64,000 nt of DNA, taken from the NCBI GenBank assembly GCA_025558095.1, contig JAIVFI010000002.1, positions 682,001 through 746,000 of the forward strand, written 5' to 3'. Of this stretch, positions 20,469-29,730 are shown piece after piece. Each line of letters starts with the position of its first letter. Positions within the stretch are counted from its first letter, which is position 1. Under the pieces are notes generated by a model. It searched no databases and was not told the DNA's origin. It saw nothing but the letters and a program-made list of their open reading frames with translations. The stretch is from Hyaloraphidium curvatum SAG 235-1 (Eukaryota; Fungi; Monoblepharomycota). The position numbers and the translations under genes are program-made.

Positions 20469-22114
20469 GGCATCGAAGGGGTGTTGCCGAGGCGAGACTT
20501 CCAGTTGAGTGGGCGGCGGTTGGCATTCTTCTCCAACTCCCAGCACTCGTCCTGAGCATGCCCATCCATGCCACAGAGATGGCAGTGGCGAGGCTGGAAG
20601 CGCTTCTGGTCGCGGTACTCCGAGGTGAAGGGCCGGCGATCCTGGCGCTCCTGCTGCTGGCGGGGCCGATCGATCGGAGGAGGCCTCGCGGGGGGGTTCG
20701 ACCTGGTCTCCGCGGCCTGAACCTGATGGCGAGGCGACGGCAGCAGCTTGGTGATGAGCTCCTTGATCTCGACGAGGTCGCTGTTCGGCCCCGAAGGCGG
20801 CAACGGCTGGCTCCGACGAGACTGGAAGGGGACGAAACGGCGCGGAGGCCGGAACGCAGACTCCCCCGGCGGTCCACCGGTGGGCCTGCGCTCTCCCTTA
20901 GGCTCCAGCAGCTTTGTGAGAGCCTGCGTATGAGCCAGCAGCACTTCCGTCGTCGCCTTGTCGGTCGCCTTGGAGGAGCCCGAAGACGAGTGCTGGCCGA
21001 CCAGAGCCGGAATCTCCGAAATCGAGTTCTGGCCCAGGAAACGGATGTCGCGCGGCTGCGCAGGGCCCGATGCTTGCATGACGGTGCGCATCTTCTCGAT
21101 GACCTTGGTGACGGAAGTGCGGTTGATGAGGTGATCCCCGAGGAGCTCCAGCGCCTTCCCGCGTAGCTCCGGGCGCAGTCCGTAGAGCAGGTTCTGGCCG
21201 TACACGCTGTCTTGCACTTCCCTGGTAGGAAGCTGATCGCCGCAGTGCGAGAGGAAACGCGTCTCGGCCAGGGATACGCGGGCAACGAAGGCGTCGAGGG
21301 TCTCATCGTTGGTCATCTGAATCGTGTTGTAGTGCCGGCGATAATGCATCGATGCGTCGCGGGGCTCGAAGTGGTAGCGTAGCCAGGCAAGCACATCGTT
21401 CTGGGTCACCGGAGGATAGGTGGCCGTCGCGGGATAGTCCGGAGGGCGGTTCTGCGGCGTGATGTTGTGCCACATTGCGCGCGGCAGAGGCCCAAGGAAG
21501 ACCGGGAAGACCTTGACGAGGTTGTTGATGGAGCCGAACGCCGTGAGAACCGTAGTGAGGTCGCGGAAGAAGTCTTCCGGGTCCTGCGTAGCGGGATCGA
21601 AGGGCTGAACAGAAGCAGGCAGCAGCTGAGCCGGGAGCTTGGCGGCTCCGCCCTGGCGATCCGCCTGGGGGAGGCCGGTGCTTCCATCGTTCGGCGGCTG
21701 AGCGCCAACGATGGCCCGTACGGCGTCGACGAACTGCTGCGGCTGGAGACCAGCGGCGGCAGCGTTGACAGCCTGGGCTTGCTCGCTCCGCTGACCCTGC
21801 TGCTGTGCGGCGAGCTGCTGGAGCTGCTGCGCTGCAAGCTGCTCGGCGGCGGCTTGCTGTTGAACTTGGGCAGCTGGCAACTGCTGAGCGGTCTGTTGCG
21901 CCACGAGCTGAGCGGCAAGCTGATCGGCGACGGCTTGCTGGGCGGCTTGCTGGGCGGCGAGTTGGGCGACGTCGTTGGCGGCGGCGCCGACTTGCTGGAT
22001 CGCGGCCTGCGCAGCTTGGATAATCGCCTGGGCCTGCGGGTTGTTCTGCAAATCGTTAGCTTCCTGAGGCTGCTGAACCTCCTGCTGAGGGGCGGCTTCT
22101 TGAACGGGGTCCAT
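20459..22114 (-). CDS. gag: Family A gag (about 551 aa; Q/A-rich N-terminus, capsid-like core, CCHC knuckle)
   Basis: ATG at 22114 (MDPVQE); CHLCGMDGHAQDEC zinc knuckle; located just after the PBS. Confidence 0.9.
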   Translation of the reverse strand: MDPVQEAAPQQEVQQPQEANDLQNNPQAQAIIQAAQAAIQQVGAAANDVAQLAAQQAAQQAVADQLAAQLVAQQTAQQLPAAQVQQQAAAEQLAAQQLQQLAAQQQGQRSEQAQAVNAAAAGLQPQQFVDAVRAIVGAQPPNDGSTGLPQADRQGGAAKLPAQLLPASVQPFDPATQDPEDFFRDLTTVLTAFGSINNLVKVFPVFLGPLPRAMWHNITPQNRPPDYPATATYPPVTQNDVLAWLRYHFEPRDASMHYRRHYNTIQMTNDETLDAFVARVSLAETRFLSHCGDQLPTREVQDSVYGQNLLYGLRPELRGKALELLGDHLINRTSVTKVIEKMRTVMQASGPAQPRDIRFLGQNSISEIPALVGQHSSSGSSKATDKATTEVLLAHTQALTKLLEPKGERRPTGGPPGESAFRPPRRFVPFQSRRSQPLPPSGPNSDLVEIKELITKLLPSPRHQVQAAETRSNPPARPPPIDRPRQQQERQDRRPFTSEYRDQKRFQPRHCHLCGMDGHAQDECWELEKNANRRPLNWKSRLGNTPSMPKN

Positions 22115-22260
22115 GTTTGGCGAAGGGGAATGAACTTGGTTGACGGAATACGGTTGACAGAAAAGAGTGGCAGTCGACAAGCGCCGGTGCCAGGCGAAGT
22201 TGTTTTTGGATTATCGAAGTCGAAACTGAAGTCGAACGAGGTGTCGAAGACCCGAGAGCA

Positions 22261-22280
22261 GGATCACGGAGGTCGGACCA
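22261..22280 (-). other. Primer binding site TGGTCCGACCT..., resembling the complement of a tRNA-Tyr 3' end
   Basis: Begins 1 nt after the LTR's terminal CA. Its complement ...AGGUCGGACCA matches the acceptor end of plant-type cytosolic tRNA-Tyr (recalled, not searched). Confidence 0.7.
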
Positions 22281-22281
22281 G

Positions 22282-22757
22282 TGCGACGGTCCGGGTCGGA
22301 ACCGGGCCTGAAGCTCTAACCCGGCGCGCGAATCCCGCTCGGCTCTTCGGGTCGGATAGGCCCTGAATATGAATAAGCGAACAGCGCTGAAGATACTTGA
22401 CTGTAGCCGGGGGAAAGAGGTTACGGGATGTCTCCCGGGGTGCGTCCCAAGGGCTCTCAGAACGAGGATCCGGCCGGGCGGGGTTCCGCACGGTGGTCGA
22501 ACGACACGGAGAGCACGTAGAGTCAACTGGCGATCAAGATTGTACTGTTACATGTCCCGCTCTTTATATATCCCAGGAGGGTGGCTGTGCCGAGTCACTT
22601 GCGAGTCGCTCGCGAGTCGCTCGCGAGTGACTCGCGAGTCACTCGCGAGTCGATCGCGAGTCGATCACGAGTCGATCGCGAGGACCGACGCCTCCACGCC
22701 TCCGAACCGAAAATGAAAATACCCTTGTCCGAATGTCAGACGTCCTGTACCTTCGCA
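22282..22757 (-). repeat. Family A 5' LTR of copy 3 (476 bp)
   Basis: TG..CA termini; about 8 repeat units. Confidence 0.95.
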
Positions 22758-23999
22758 GGAGGCAGCACCGTCAGCGCGAGTACCGCCGTCCTATCTGGTG
22801 GGTCTTCTCGCACGTTGGGCACGGGTTCGAACGCGGGCGAAGTCGTCGGACCCCTGGTCGAGTCCAAGAACGTCGAGGAGATCAAGGTTCCCGCGACCGA
22901 TGGCTCCCTTCCGAAGCCAGCTTCGCAGGGAACCGCTGTCGCGGATCCGCCGAGCAGGAGCTCCGGCACAGAAAGCAACGCGGTCGGCGGATCCCTGCCG
23001 AAGCCCGCATCGCATGGATCGGATGTCGCGGCAGCCGCTCCCGCGTCCCCCATCGCCCCCGTGGGCACCAGCAGGCTGCTCATCAACGAATCGGACGTCA
23101 CCATCAACCGCAACAAGATCCTCGGCGAAGGCTCGTTCGGCACCGTGTACGAAGGCGTCCTGCTGGGATCGACGCACGTGGCGATCAAGGTCGGGCGCGG
23201 TGCCTTCGACAACGCGGCAGCCCAGGCGTTCGCCAAGGAGGTCAAGAACTGGGAAGGACTCGCGCAGAGGAACGGTGGGAGGCACCAGGATGCAGCCGCA
23301 CGGAAAGCAATTGACAACGCCCTTTTCCCTCGCAGTGCTCCCGCTCCTTGCGTATTGCGCCTCGCCGCCCATGATGATCTCCGAGATCGCCGACGGCGGC
23401 AACCTCCGCCAGCACCTGGCCGCCCGCGCCTGGGATCAAGCCCTCGGCCTGCGCTTCCTCCTTGACGTGAGCCGCGGCATGGCGTACCTGCACTCGGTCG
23501 GCATCCTCCACGGCGACCTCAAGTCCGCCAACGTGCTCGTCGACGGCTCGCGCGCCCTGGTGTGCGACTTTGGCCTCTCGCGGTTCCGCCAGGCCGGCAC
23601 TGGAACGGCCACCCATGGAGCCACGTCGCACAACGGCGGGCTGATGGGCACGGTCGGCTTCATCGCGCCCGAGATGATGCAGGGCGGGTCGCTCAGGCCG
23701 CCGGCGGACGTTTTCGCGTTCGCCATGACGTGCTACGAGGTCGTCAGCAGGGGCAAGTATCCGTTCCAGGATGCTCCGAACGTCATGGCGGTGGGTACCA
23801 TCCCCGGCGATCGCCATCCGCGAAGCTGATCCGCTCCCTGCAGATCTTCTACGCCGTGGCCGTCGAGAAGAGCAGGCCCGCGCGGCCGGAAGGCGTCCGC
23901 GACGACGTGTGGGCGCTCATGGAGAGGTGCTGGGCCCACGAGCCGGCCGAGCGCCCGCGGTTCGTCGAGGTCCGCGACGCGCTTTCGGGGATGGTCTGA
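22758..23999 (+). CDS. Tyrosine kinase-like (TKL) protein kinase, 5'-truncated by the LTR; introns 23275-23335 and 23791-23843
   Basis: GEGSFG, VAIK, HGDLKSANVL, DFG, GTVGFIAPE, DVFAF and CW...RP motifs are all intact. Confidence 0.9.
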
Positions 24000-24646
24000 C
24001 GGAACGAAGAGGGCGGGTCCGTAGTAGGCAAGAATAGTAAGCGGTCGAGTAGTCGTGTGGACAAGTAGGAGGTCTATTCAAGTGTTCCGTCCGAGTGCGC
24101 AAGGCCTTCGATCTCTGTGGGCTGCATCCTCCTCGTCCAACCGGCCGTCCGAATAGGTTTCAGCGGCGGGTGGAGGCCGATGGGGGAGGTCAAGTGGACA
24201 GCGCGCCTACATCCAGCCTTGCCAATTGCAACACAGCCCGCGGCCGGTCCGCCGGCCAGAGCCCCGCAGTGCCGCCCCCATCCGCGGCTCCCCGGATCCG
24301 GGCTGCCGGAGGGGCGGGCCCGGCGGAAAAGAACTGTCGGGGTTGACCGGGGCGCCGATGTCCGTTCCTCACGCTGCCGATGGGCACCTGAAACCAGCGA
24401 GGACGATAGGGGACGCCGACGAACTTCGCAGCCCGCCGCGAGCGAATGCATGCGGCGGCGCACCGGCTGCGCAGCGGAAGGAATGCATACAACGAGAACA
24501 CGGTGGCGCTGGCTTGGGAGGGCCTGGAAGCGTCCCGGGGGGGTCCGTCAGCGGGGCGAAATCAGTCAGTCAGCGGTGTCGGTCACCGTTGCCGAGCGTC
24601 CTGCCCATCGTCAGCGCGCCGGCATCGCGGCCCCGGAACCGCCGAC

Positions 24647-24913
24647 ATGCGCGCGCACGCGGTGGTTGCCTGCCTTCTCTGGGCGGCCGCCGCCCTCCTC
24701 GCCGCCGTGGCGCCCGCGGGCGGCGCCGGTCCCGTCGCGCGGGCCCTGTCGGCCCCGTCCCGGGGCCACAACGCCGCCCGCGCGGACGTCGACGCGGACA
24801 CGCCGCTCGATCAAGCTGCAGTTCGCGGGGCTCGCGCAGGTCGCGACCTCCACGGCCTTGTCACGCGCCAGCTACCAACATCAATGTTCAGCTACAGCGT
24901 CGGTCGGACATAG
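24647..24913 (+). CDS. Short ORF with signal peptide, possibly a truncated secreted-protein gene
   Basis: Hydrophobic leader MRAHAVVACLLWAAAALLAAVA; composition drops to AT-rich near 24870. Confidence 0.3.
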   Translation: MRAHAVVACLLWAAAALLAAVAPAGGAGPVARALSAPSRGHNAARADVDADTPLDQAAVRGARAGRDLHGLVTRQLPTSMFSYSVGRT

Positions 24914-25389
24914 CTCTTTAGCTCCTCTACGCTTTGGATTAGATTCTCGTGTTTGTTATGCAGTCGCAATTCAATTCTGTGCCCTCAAGTTTTCGCAACG
25001 TGGCAAACCGCGGTGGGAACATGTTACCCTTCGGCCACGCGGTTAGAGTCAGGATCCGTTCACGCACATAGAGTCACAGCGGTGCCAGCAAGAAAAGGCA
25101 TAGGATGTAGAAGGCGTTATGCAGTCTATGCGCAAACTGAAGTCAGGTCTATCAAGAATTGGCACTAACTGCCTCTAAACTCCTGACGGAGCCGTGGGTG
25201 GGAGGGCATGCAAGCTCCTAAACCGATTGACAGCTTGGCGCCCCAAGCCAAACATGTACCCACGCTCTGCAGCGGCGTCATTGGCCGCAGAAGAAAGAAG
25301 CACCGCTCCACGCCCATGGGCATTGCAATGAGCGGCAGGTCACATCTCCGCTCCGCGTACGAAAGGGGTTGGGACACCGTGTCCGGCCC

Positions 25390-26538
25390 TCATTGGTGGA
25401 ACATAAGCGTCCGCCTGACCAGCGCCACCTTCCTCCGTTTCGGGTTGGCGGCCGCCGCCGGGTCCACGCCCCCGAACCCCTTGCGGCTCCGCTGGGCGAG
25501 CTCGTGCAGGAAGTGGCCGTCCGCCATGTTGAGCTTGCGCAGATCCTCGCGGCCAAACCGCTCGTCCCAACGGCGCTGGAAGTTGGAAAGGTAGCGCAGC
25601 GGCGGGTTGTTCGCCGATGGGAGGCGGCCAGGCTTCTGGCCCTGCCGGAGAAGGAAGGGCACCCGGACGAGGGCCGCCCCGAGGTCGATTCCCGAGGGAG
25701 CAAACGCAGAGAAGATTACGTGGGAGGGGCCGACGCCGGCCACGTCCTGCCCCTGGGACCAGTGCAAGCTGAGCTGCCTCGCCCAGTGGGGATGATCGTA
25801 GCGAGATACGAAATCAAAGCCCACAAGGTCCGCGGGGCCACGGATGCCGCCGTCCAGCCAGGGAAGTAGCTGCTCCAAGAAGGCCGTGCGGTACAGGTTG
25901 TCGGCGTTGGTCACGGCCAGCCAGCCGCAGCCGTGCGGGTTGCGGTCGTTGAGCTCGCCAAAGAGGGCGTCCATGGCAGCGTCGGTCGCGCCGTAGCCGT
26001 AGTCCAGGCAGCTCTCCTCGCACGTGGCATTGTCCTTTCCCTTGCCCCACGCGAGCTTCCGCTGCGCGCGCTTGGCGGCTGCGTCCGCCTCGGTGACAGG
26101 AAGCACTGTCGCCAAGTTCGGGCACCCCAGCACGCCGTCCGCGACGGATTGCACGGCCACTTTAAATGCCGGCACGTCCGTGCGCGAATCGGTGATGACG
26201 AAGAACACCTTAATGGGTATGCTGCCGTGGGAGAGCGCGGGGAGGAATGTTTGGAGGAAGGGGACCTGCGCGTGGTACGCGCGCGCCAGAATGCAAACGT
26301 GGTTGTTGGGGCCGGAGGCCGCGGGCACCTCCATGCCGGCTTTGCCGGCTTCGGCGCGTCCGGCGTCGGTCGGATACGTCCAGGAGCGGCACGCCGCGGG
26401 GGGAAGCGAGGAGGCAGCACGCGTCGCTGCGGGCGCGCCCCCGGCCGGACCGCTCGGGCCGGGCAGCGGCGCGACCGCCGTGCTGATTACGATCAGCGCT
26501 GCAAGCGCACTTTTGAGCGCGACGTCGAGGCGCGGCAT
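25390..26538 (-). CDS. Membrane-anchored glycosyltransferase-like protein (GT-A-like)
   Basis: N-terminal anchor; WLAVTNADNLY (DxD-like) and GIDLGAALV motifs. Confidence 0.6.
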   Translation of the reverse strand: MPRLDVALKSALAALIVISTAVAPLPGPSGPAGGAPAATRAASSLPPAACRSWTYPTDAGRAEAGKAGMEVPAASGPNNHVCILARAYHAQVPFLQTFLPALSHGSIPIKVFFVITDSRTDVPAFKVAVQSVADGVLGCPNLATVLPVTEADAAAKRAQRKLAWGKGKDNATCEESCLDYGYGATDAAMDALFGELNDRNPHGCGWLAVTNADNLYRTAFLEQLLPWLDGGIRGPADLVGFDFVSRYDHPHWARQLSLHWSQGQDVAGVGPSHVIFSAFAPSGIDLGAALVRVPFLLRQGQKPGRLPSANNPPLRYLSNFQRRWDERFGREDLRKLNMADGHFLHELAQRSRKGFGGVDPAAAANPKRRKVALVRRTLMFHQ

Positions 26539-26771
26539 GGTGGGACCGAGATTTGGACGTCAACAAACGCGCCGGCTGTCGAGCGCATGCCCAAACAGTC
26601 GCCCGATCCCGCCCGCGCGCCAGCCCGGCGGATCCTGCGGATCCAGCCCCCCACAAATGGTGGTGATAGTCGTCGTCATCGTGCAGCCCGGCCTTATGGG
26701 GCGCTGTCGGGACGGCCGCGCGCGCCCGGAGCCCTACACCCCTCAAGTGATCAACAGCCAGATCGGATTCA

Positions 26772-29534
26772 TCACTTCGGCTCCTCCTGCTCGGCGGCTA
26801 CTATACCGTGCAGCACCCCTCCCTCCTTCGAAGCCAGATCGGCAAAAGTGCCCTCCTCCGCCAGCTTCCCCTTGCTCAATACGAGAATCTTGTCCGCCGG
26901 CACGGCGGTGTCGTACCTGTGCGTCACCGAAACGACGGTGGTGCCCGCGTCTCGTGCTTCCAGCAGCGAACGAACCACGCCACGCTCCGTCTCGGGGTCC
27001 AGGTTCGAGGTGGCCTCGTCCAGGAACAGCACCCGCGGCTTCCTGAAGAGCGCGCGCGCGAGGCAGATCCTCTGCGCCTGGCCCGAGGAGGTCGACACGG
27101 CACCAGGGGCGTTGCCGATCCTTGTGCGGAACCCCTCGGGCTTGCCGAGGATCCAGTCGAGGCACCCGGCCGCGCGGGCGGCATCGTGGAGCTCGCTTTC
27201 GGGGCGGGACGAGTCGCCCAGTCGGATGTTGTCCTCTATGGTGCCGGCAAAGATCTCGGCGTCGGCAAAGACGGCCGCGATCTGGGAGAGATATGAAGAC
27301 AGCGAGTAGTCGGCGACGTTGCGCCCGTCCATGGCCACCGTGCCCGACTCGGGGGGATCCACCAGGCCCAACATGATCATGAGGCTGGTGGTCTTGCCGC
27401 TGCCCGAGAGACCGACGAGGCAGGTGTACGTCCCCCGGGGGAAGCGGAGGCTCAGACCGTCCAGGATTGGCGAGGGGAGGGTGCGCTCGCCGCGACGCCG
27501 GTAGCGGAACACCACGTCCGTAAGCTCCAGCAAAGATTCGAGGGGAGGAAGAGGGGGCTTTACTCCGCTGTCGGTGGCGGAGGAGTTTCCCGGCCGAGTC
27601 GGCTTTTCGTGCGCGTCAAGCTTTTCTTCGTCGCCGAGCTTGGATCGAGCTGCCACCTCAGCATTGGTTCCTTTCGAATTGCCGCCGCCTTGCGTCCCGC
27701 CATTGGCCTCGTGCAGATCCTTGATCAGCGTGTCCACTCTTTGCATGGATCCGGCGCTGTTGACGGCCACGAGGGCAAAGGAGCCTAGGCTGCTCATCGA
27801 GCGGAAAAGCCCCGTATAGAGGCTGGCGAGCGAGACAAAGTCGTTGACTGAGCTCGGCACCTGCTTCGTGGGCGCCCGCGCGATCACCGACGCCGCCGCC
27901 GCGGTCTGGATGGCGACAAAGGCGTACACGAGGCACTGCACGTAGTTGCTAACAAGGCTGGCCGCGAACCCGCCCGAACGCTGGGCGGCGCGCGATGCCG
28001 CGACGGATTCGCCGAAGACGGAGCGGGACCAGGCGCCGACGTCGAAGACGGCCACGGTGCGGCGGCAGTCCAGCGCGCTTTGGAAGGCGGCGACGGTGCC
28101 GGCGATGGCGTTGGCCTGCTCGCGGGAGCGGGCCGAGGCCCAGCCCTGCGGTCCGCCCGAGAGGATGGCAAAGGTGAAGCACAGGCCGACCGCGGCGGTC
28201 TGCCAGTTGAAGACGGCGATGTAGATGAGCGCGACGAAAACGTTGATGGACGGGTTGAGGAGCACGTGGCAGAAGCTGGCCAGGGCATTGCCTGAGATCG
28301 CCACGTCGCCAGAAAAGGTCGAAAGGAGCAGGCCCTTGCTGTAGCGTTCGGCGATCTTGGAGCTGCGGAGTGCAGGCAGGGTGATGACCCCGCTGTGGAT
28401 CTCGGTCCGCATGTTTGCAAGTGCCTTGGCGGCAAGAGTCGCCGCGCAGTACGAGAGACTGAACGTTGCGAGGACGAAGGCGGGGATCATGCAAATGATG
28501 CCCGCAATCGCCCCGTTCAGCGCATCCGTGCCGGCTGCCCCGGAAAGAACAAGCCCCAGGTTCAGCGATAGGCGGCCAACCAGGTACGCCTGGATAGGGC
28601 CGATGACTGCGACCAAGACCGAGGAGCAGACCATCGCTGCAAAGAACCTGGGATCCGCGGTTGCCAGCCTCCGCAGGCAGCTTCTCATGACGTCGACAGG
28701 GCTGTACGGATCGTCCGCCGCGGCCTGCTTTGCGAGCTCCTTGTCGTCTTCGTCCAGGGCCGCCTGCAGGCGCCGGCAAAAGTTTGCCGCGAGCATTCCT
28801 CGCGGGCGGACCGCGAGCCCGCGCTGCACGAAGGAGTGGAAGGCCCGGGCGTCGAGGTACTCGAGAGCCCCGTCCCCCTCGGGCGGAAGGGCCGGCGCTA
28901 GCGAGTCCCGTTCGGCCTGGGACAGGTTGGGTATCCCGGCCAGGAGGTCGCGCAGGGCGGCCACGCGCACCCCCGGCTTGCCTTCGGGGATCTTTTCCAG
29001 CTTGAGCACCGCGGCAGTGTACGCGGCGAGCGAGGGCCGAATGAGATAACGCACTGTGCTGCACGCGATGTAGAAGACGTAGATGATGTGCTTCGAATCC
29101 ACGGCATCGTACGGGGGAGGCTCGCGGAGGTTGATGTCAATGAGGAAGGCGGTGCTCGCTACACCCAGCAGGGCCTGCAGGATCGAGTTGCCGAGGGCGA
29201 CGGCGGCGGGCGAGTTCCAGGCCGCTCGGCCGAGGGCGCGGCACCGCAGCGAGTCAACGACGAGGAAGAAGCCGAAAAAGACGACGTCAAGAGCGATGTG
29301 GTACCATGAGCGGCGGAACTCGACGACAAAGGCGATGACCAAGGCGGAGTAGATTGCTGGGGTGGGGGACAAGGTGTTACATCGGGCGCGTCCACGCGTC
29401 GCGGCCGGCGGCAACCCACCGAACGCGGCGTTGGCGGCCGACACGGTCAGGAACACGGGCCGGTCGTCGATGGCGTGCAGGAGCCGGAAGCGGAACACCG
29501 GGTCGTCCCCGTCCGCCGGCACCGGGTCGGCCAT
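26772..29534 (-). CDS. ABC half-transporter (ABCB-like) with extra N-terminal membrane region
   Basis: TM helices; Walker A GLSGSGKTT; Walker B VLFLDEATS; H-loop VTHR; deviant signature TSSGQ. A 5' intron is possible. Confidence 0.9.
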   Translation of the reverse strand: MADPVPADGDDPVFRFRLLHAIDDRPVFLTVSAANAAFGGLPPAATRGRARCNTLSPTPAIYSALVIAFVVEFRRSWYHIALDVVFFGFFLVVDSLRCRALGRAAWNSPAAVALGNSILQALLGVASTAFLIDINLREPPPYDAVDSKHIIYVFYIACSTVRYLIRPSLAAYTAAVLKLEKIPEGKPGVRVAALRDLLAGIPNLSQAERDSLAPALPPEGDGALEYLDARAFHSFVQRGLAVRPRGMLAANFCRRLQAALDEDDKELAKQAAADDPYSPVDVMRSCLRRLATADPRFFAAMVCSSVLVAVIGPIQAYLVGRLSLNLGLVLSGAAGTDALNGAIAGIICMIPAFVLATFSLSYCAATLAAKALANMRTEIHSGVITLPALRSSKIAERYSKGLLLSTFSGDVAISGNALASFCHVLLNPSINVFVALIYIAVFNWQTAAVGLCFTFAILSGGPQGWASARSREQANAIAGTVAAFQSALDCRRTVAVFDVGAWSRSVFGESVAASRAAQRSGGFAASLVSNYVQCLVYAFVAIQTAAAASVIARAPTKQVPSSVNDFVSLASLYTGLFRSMSSLGSFALVAVNSAGSMQRVDTLIKDLHEANGGTQGGGNSKGTNAEVAARSKLGDEEKLDAHEKPTRPGNSSATDSGVKPPLPPLESLLELTDVVFRYRRRGERTLPSPILDGLSLRFPRGTYTCLVGLSGSGKTTSLMIMLGLVDPPESGTVAMDGRNVADYSLSSYLSQIAAVFADAEIFAGTIEDNIRLGDSSRPESELHDAARAAGCLDWILGKPEGFRTRIGNAPGAVSTSSGQAQRICLARALFRKPRVLFLDEATSNLDPETERGVVRSLLEARDAGTTVVSVTHRYDTAVPADKILVLSKGKLAEEGTFADLASKEGGVLHGIVAAEQEEPK

Positions 29535-29730
29535 CGCAGCGGATGCCCCGCGGCGCGGCGGCCGGATTTTCCGACGGTTTCTAGATGTATTGGTGGTCGT
29601 CCGGACGTGGCGCGGCGCCCCGGGTCATCCGGGAGGATCCGGCCAGTTGGGAACCTTCTGCGGCGGTGCTGGCGAGTTCCCCCGCCACTCCGTCAGAACC
29701 CGCCCGCAGCAATCGGCCACCCCTCCCGCC

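Larger units (their letters stand above)
12088..22757 (-). mobile_element. Family A Ty3/Gypsy chromodomain retrotransposon, full-length copy 3 (10,670 bp)
   Basis: Order is 5' LTR 22757-22282, PBS, gag, -1 frameshift site, pol (PR-RT-RH-IN-CHD), accessory region, PPT, 3' LTR 12585-12088. Confidence 0.97.

Noticed and set aside
22261-22280. tRNA gene fragment
   Set aside because: Only a short 3'-end complement next to the LTR, so it is a PBS rather than a cloverleaf.
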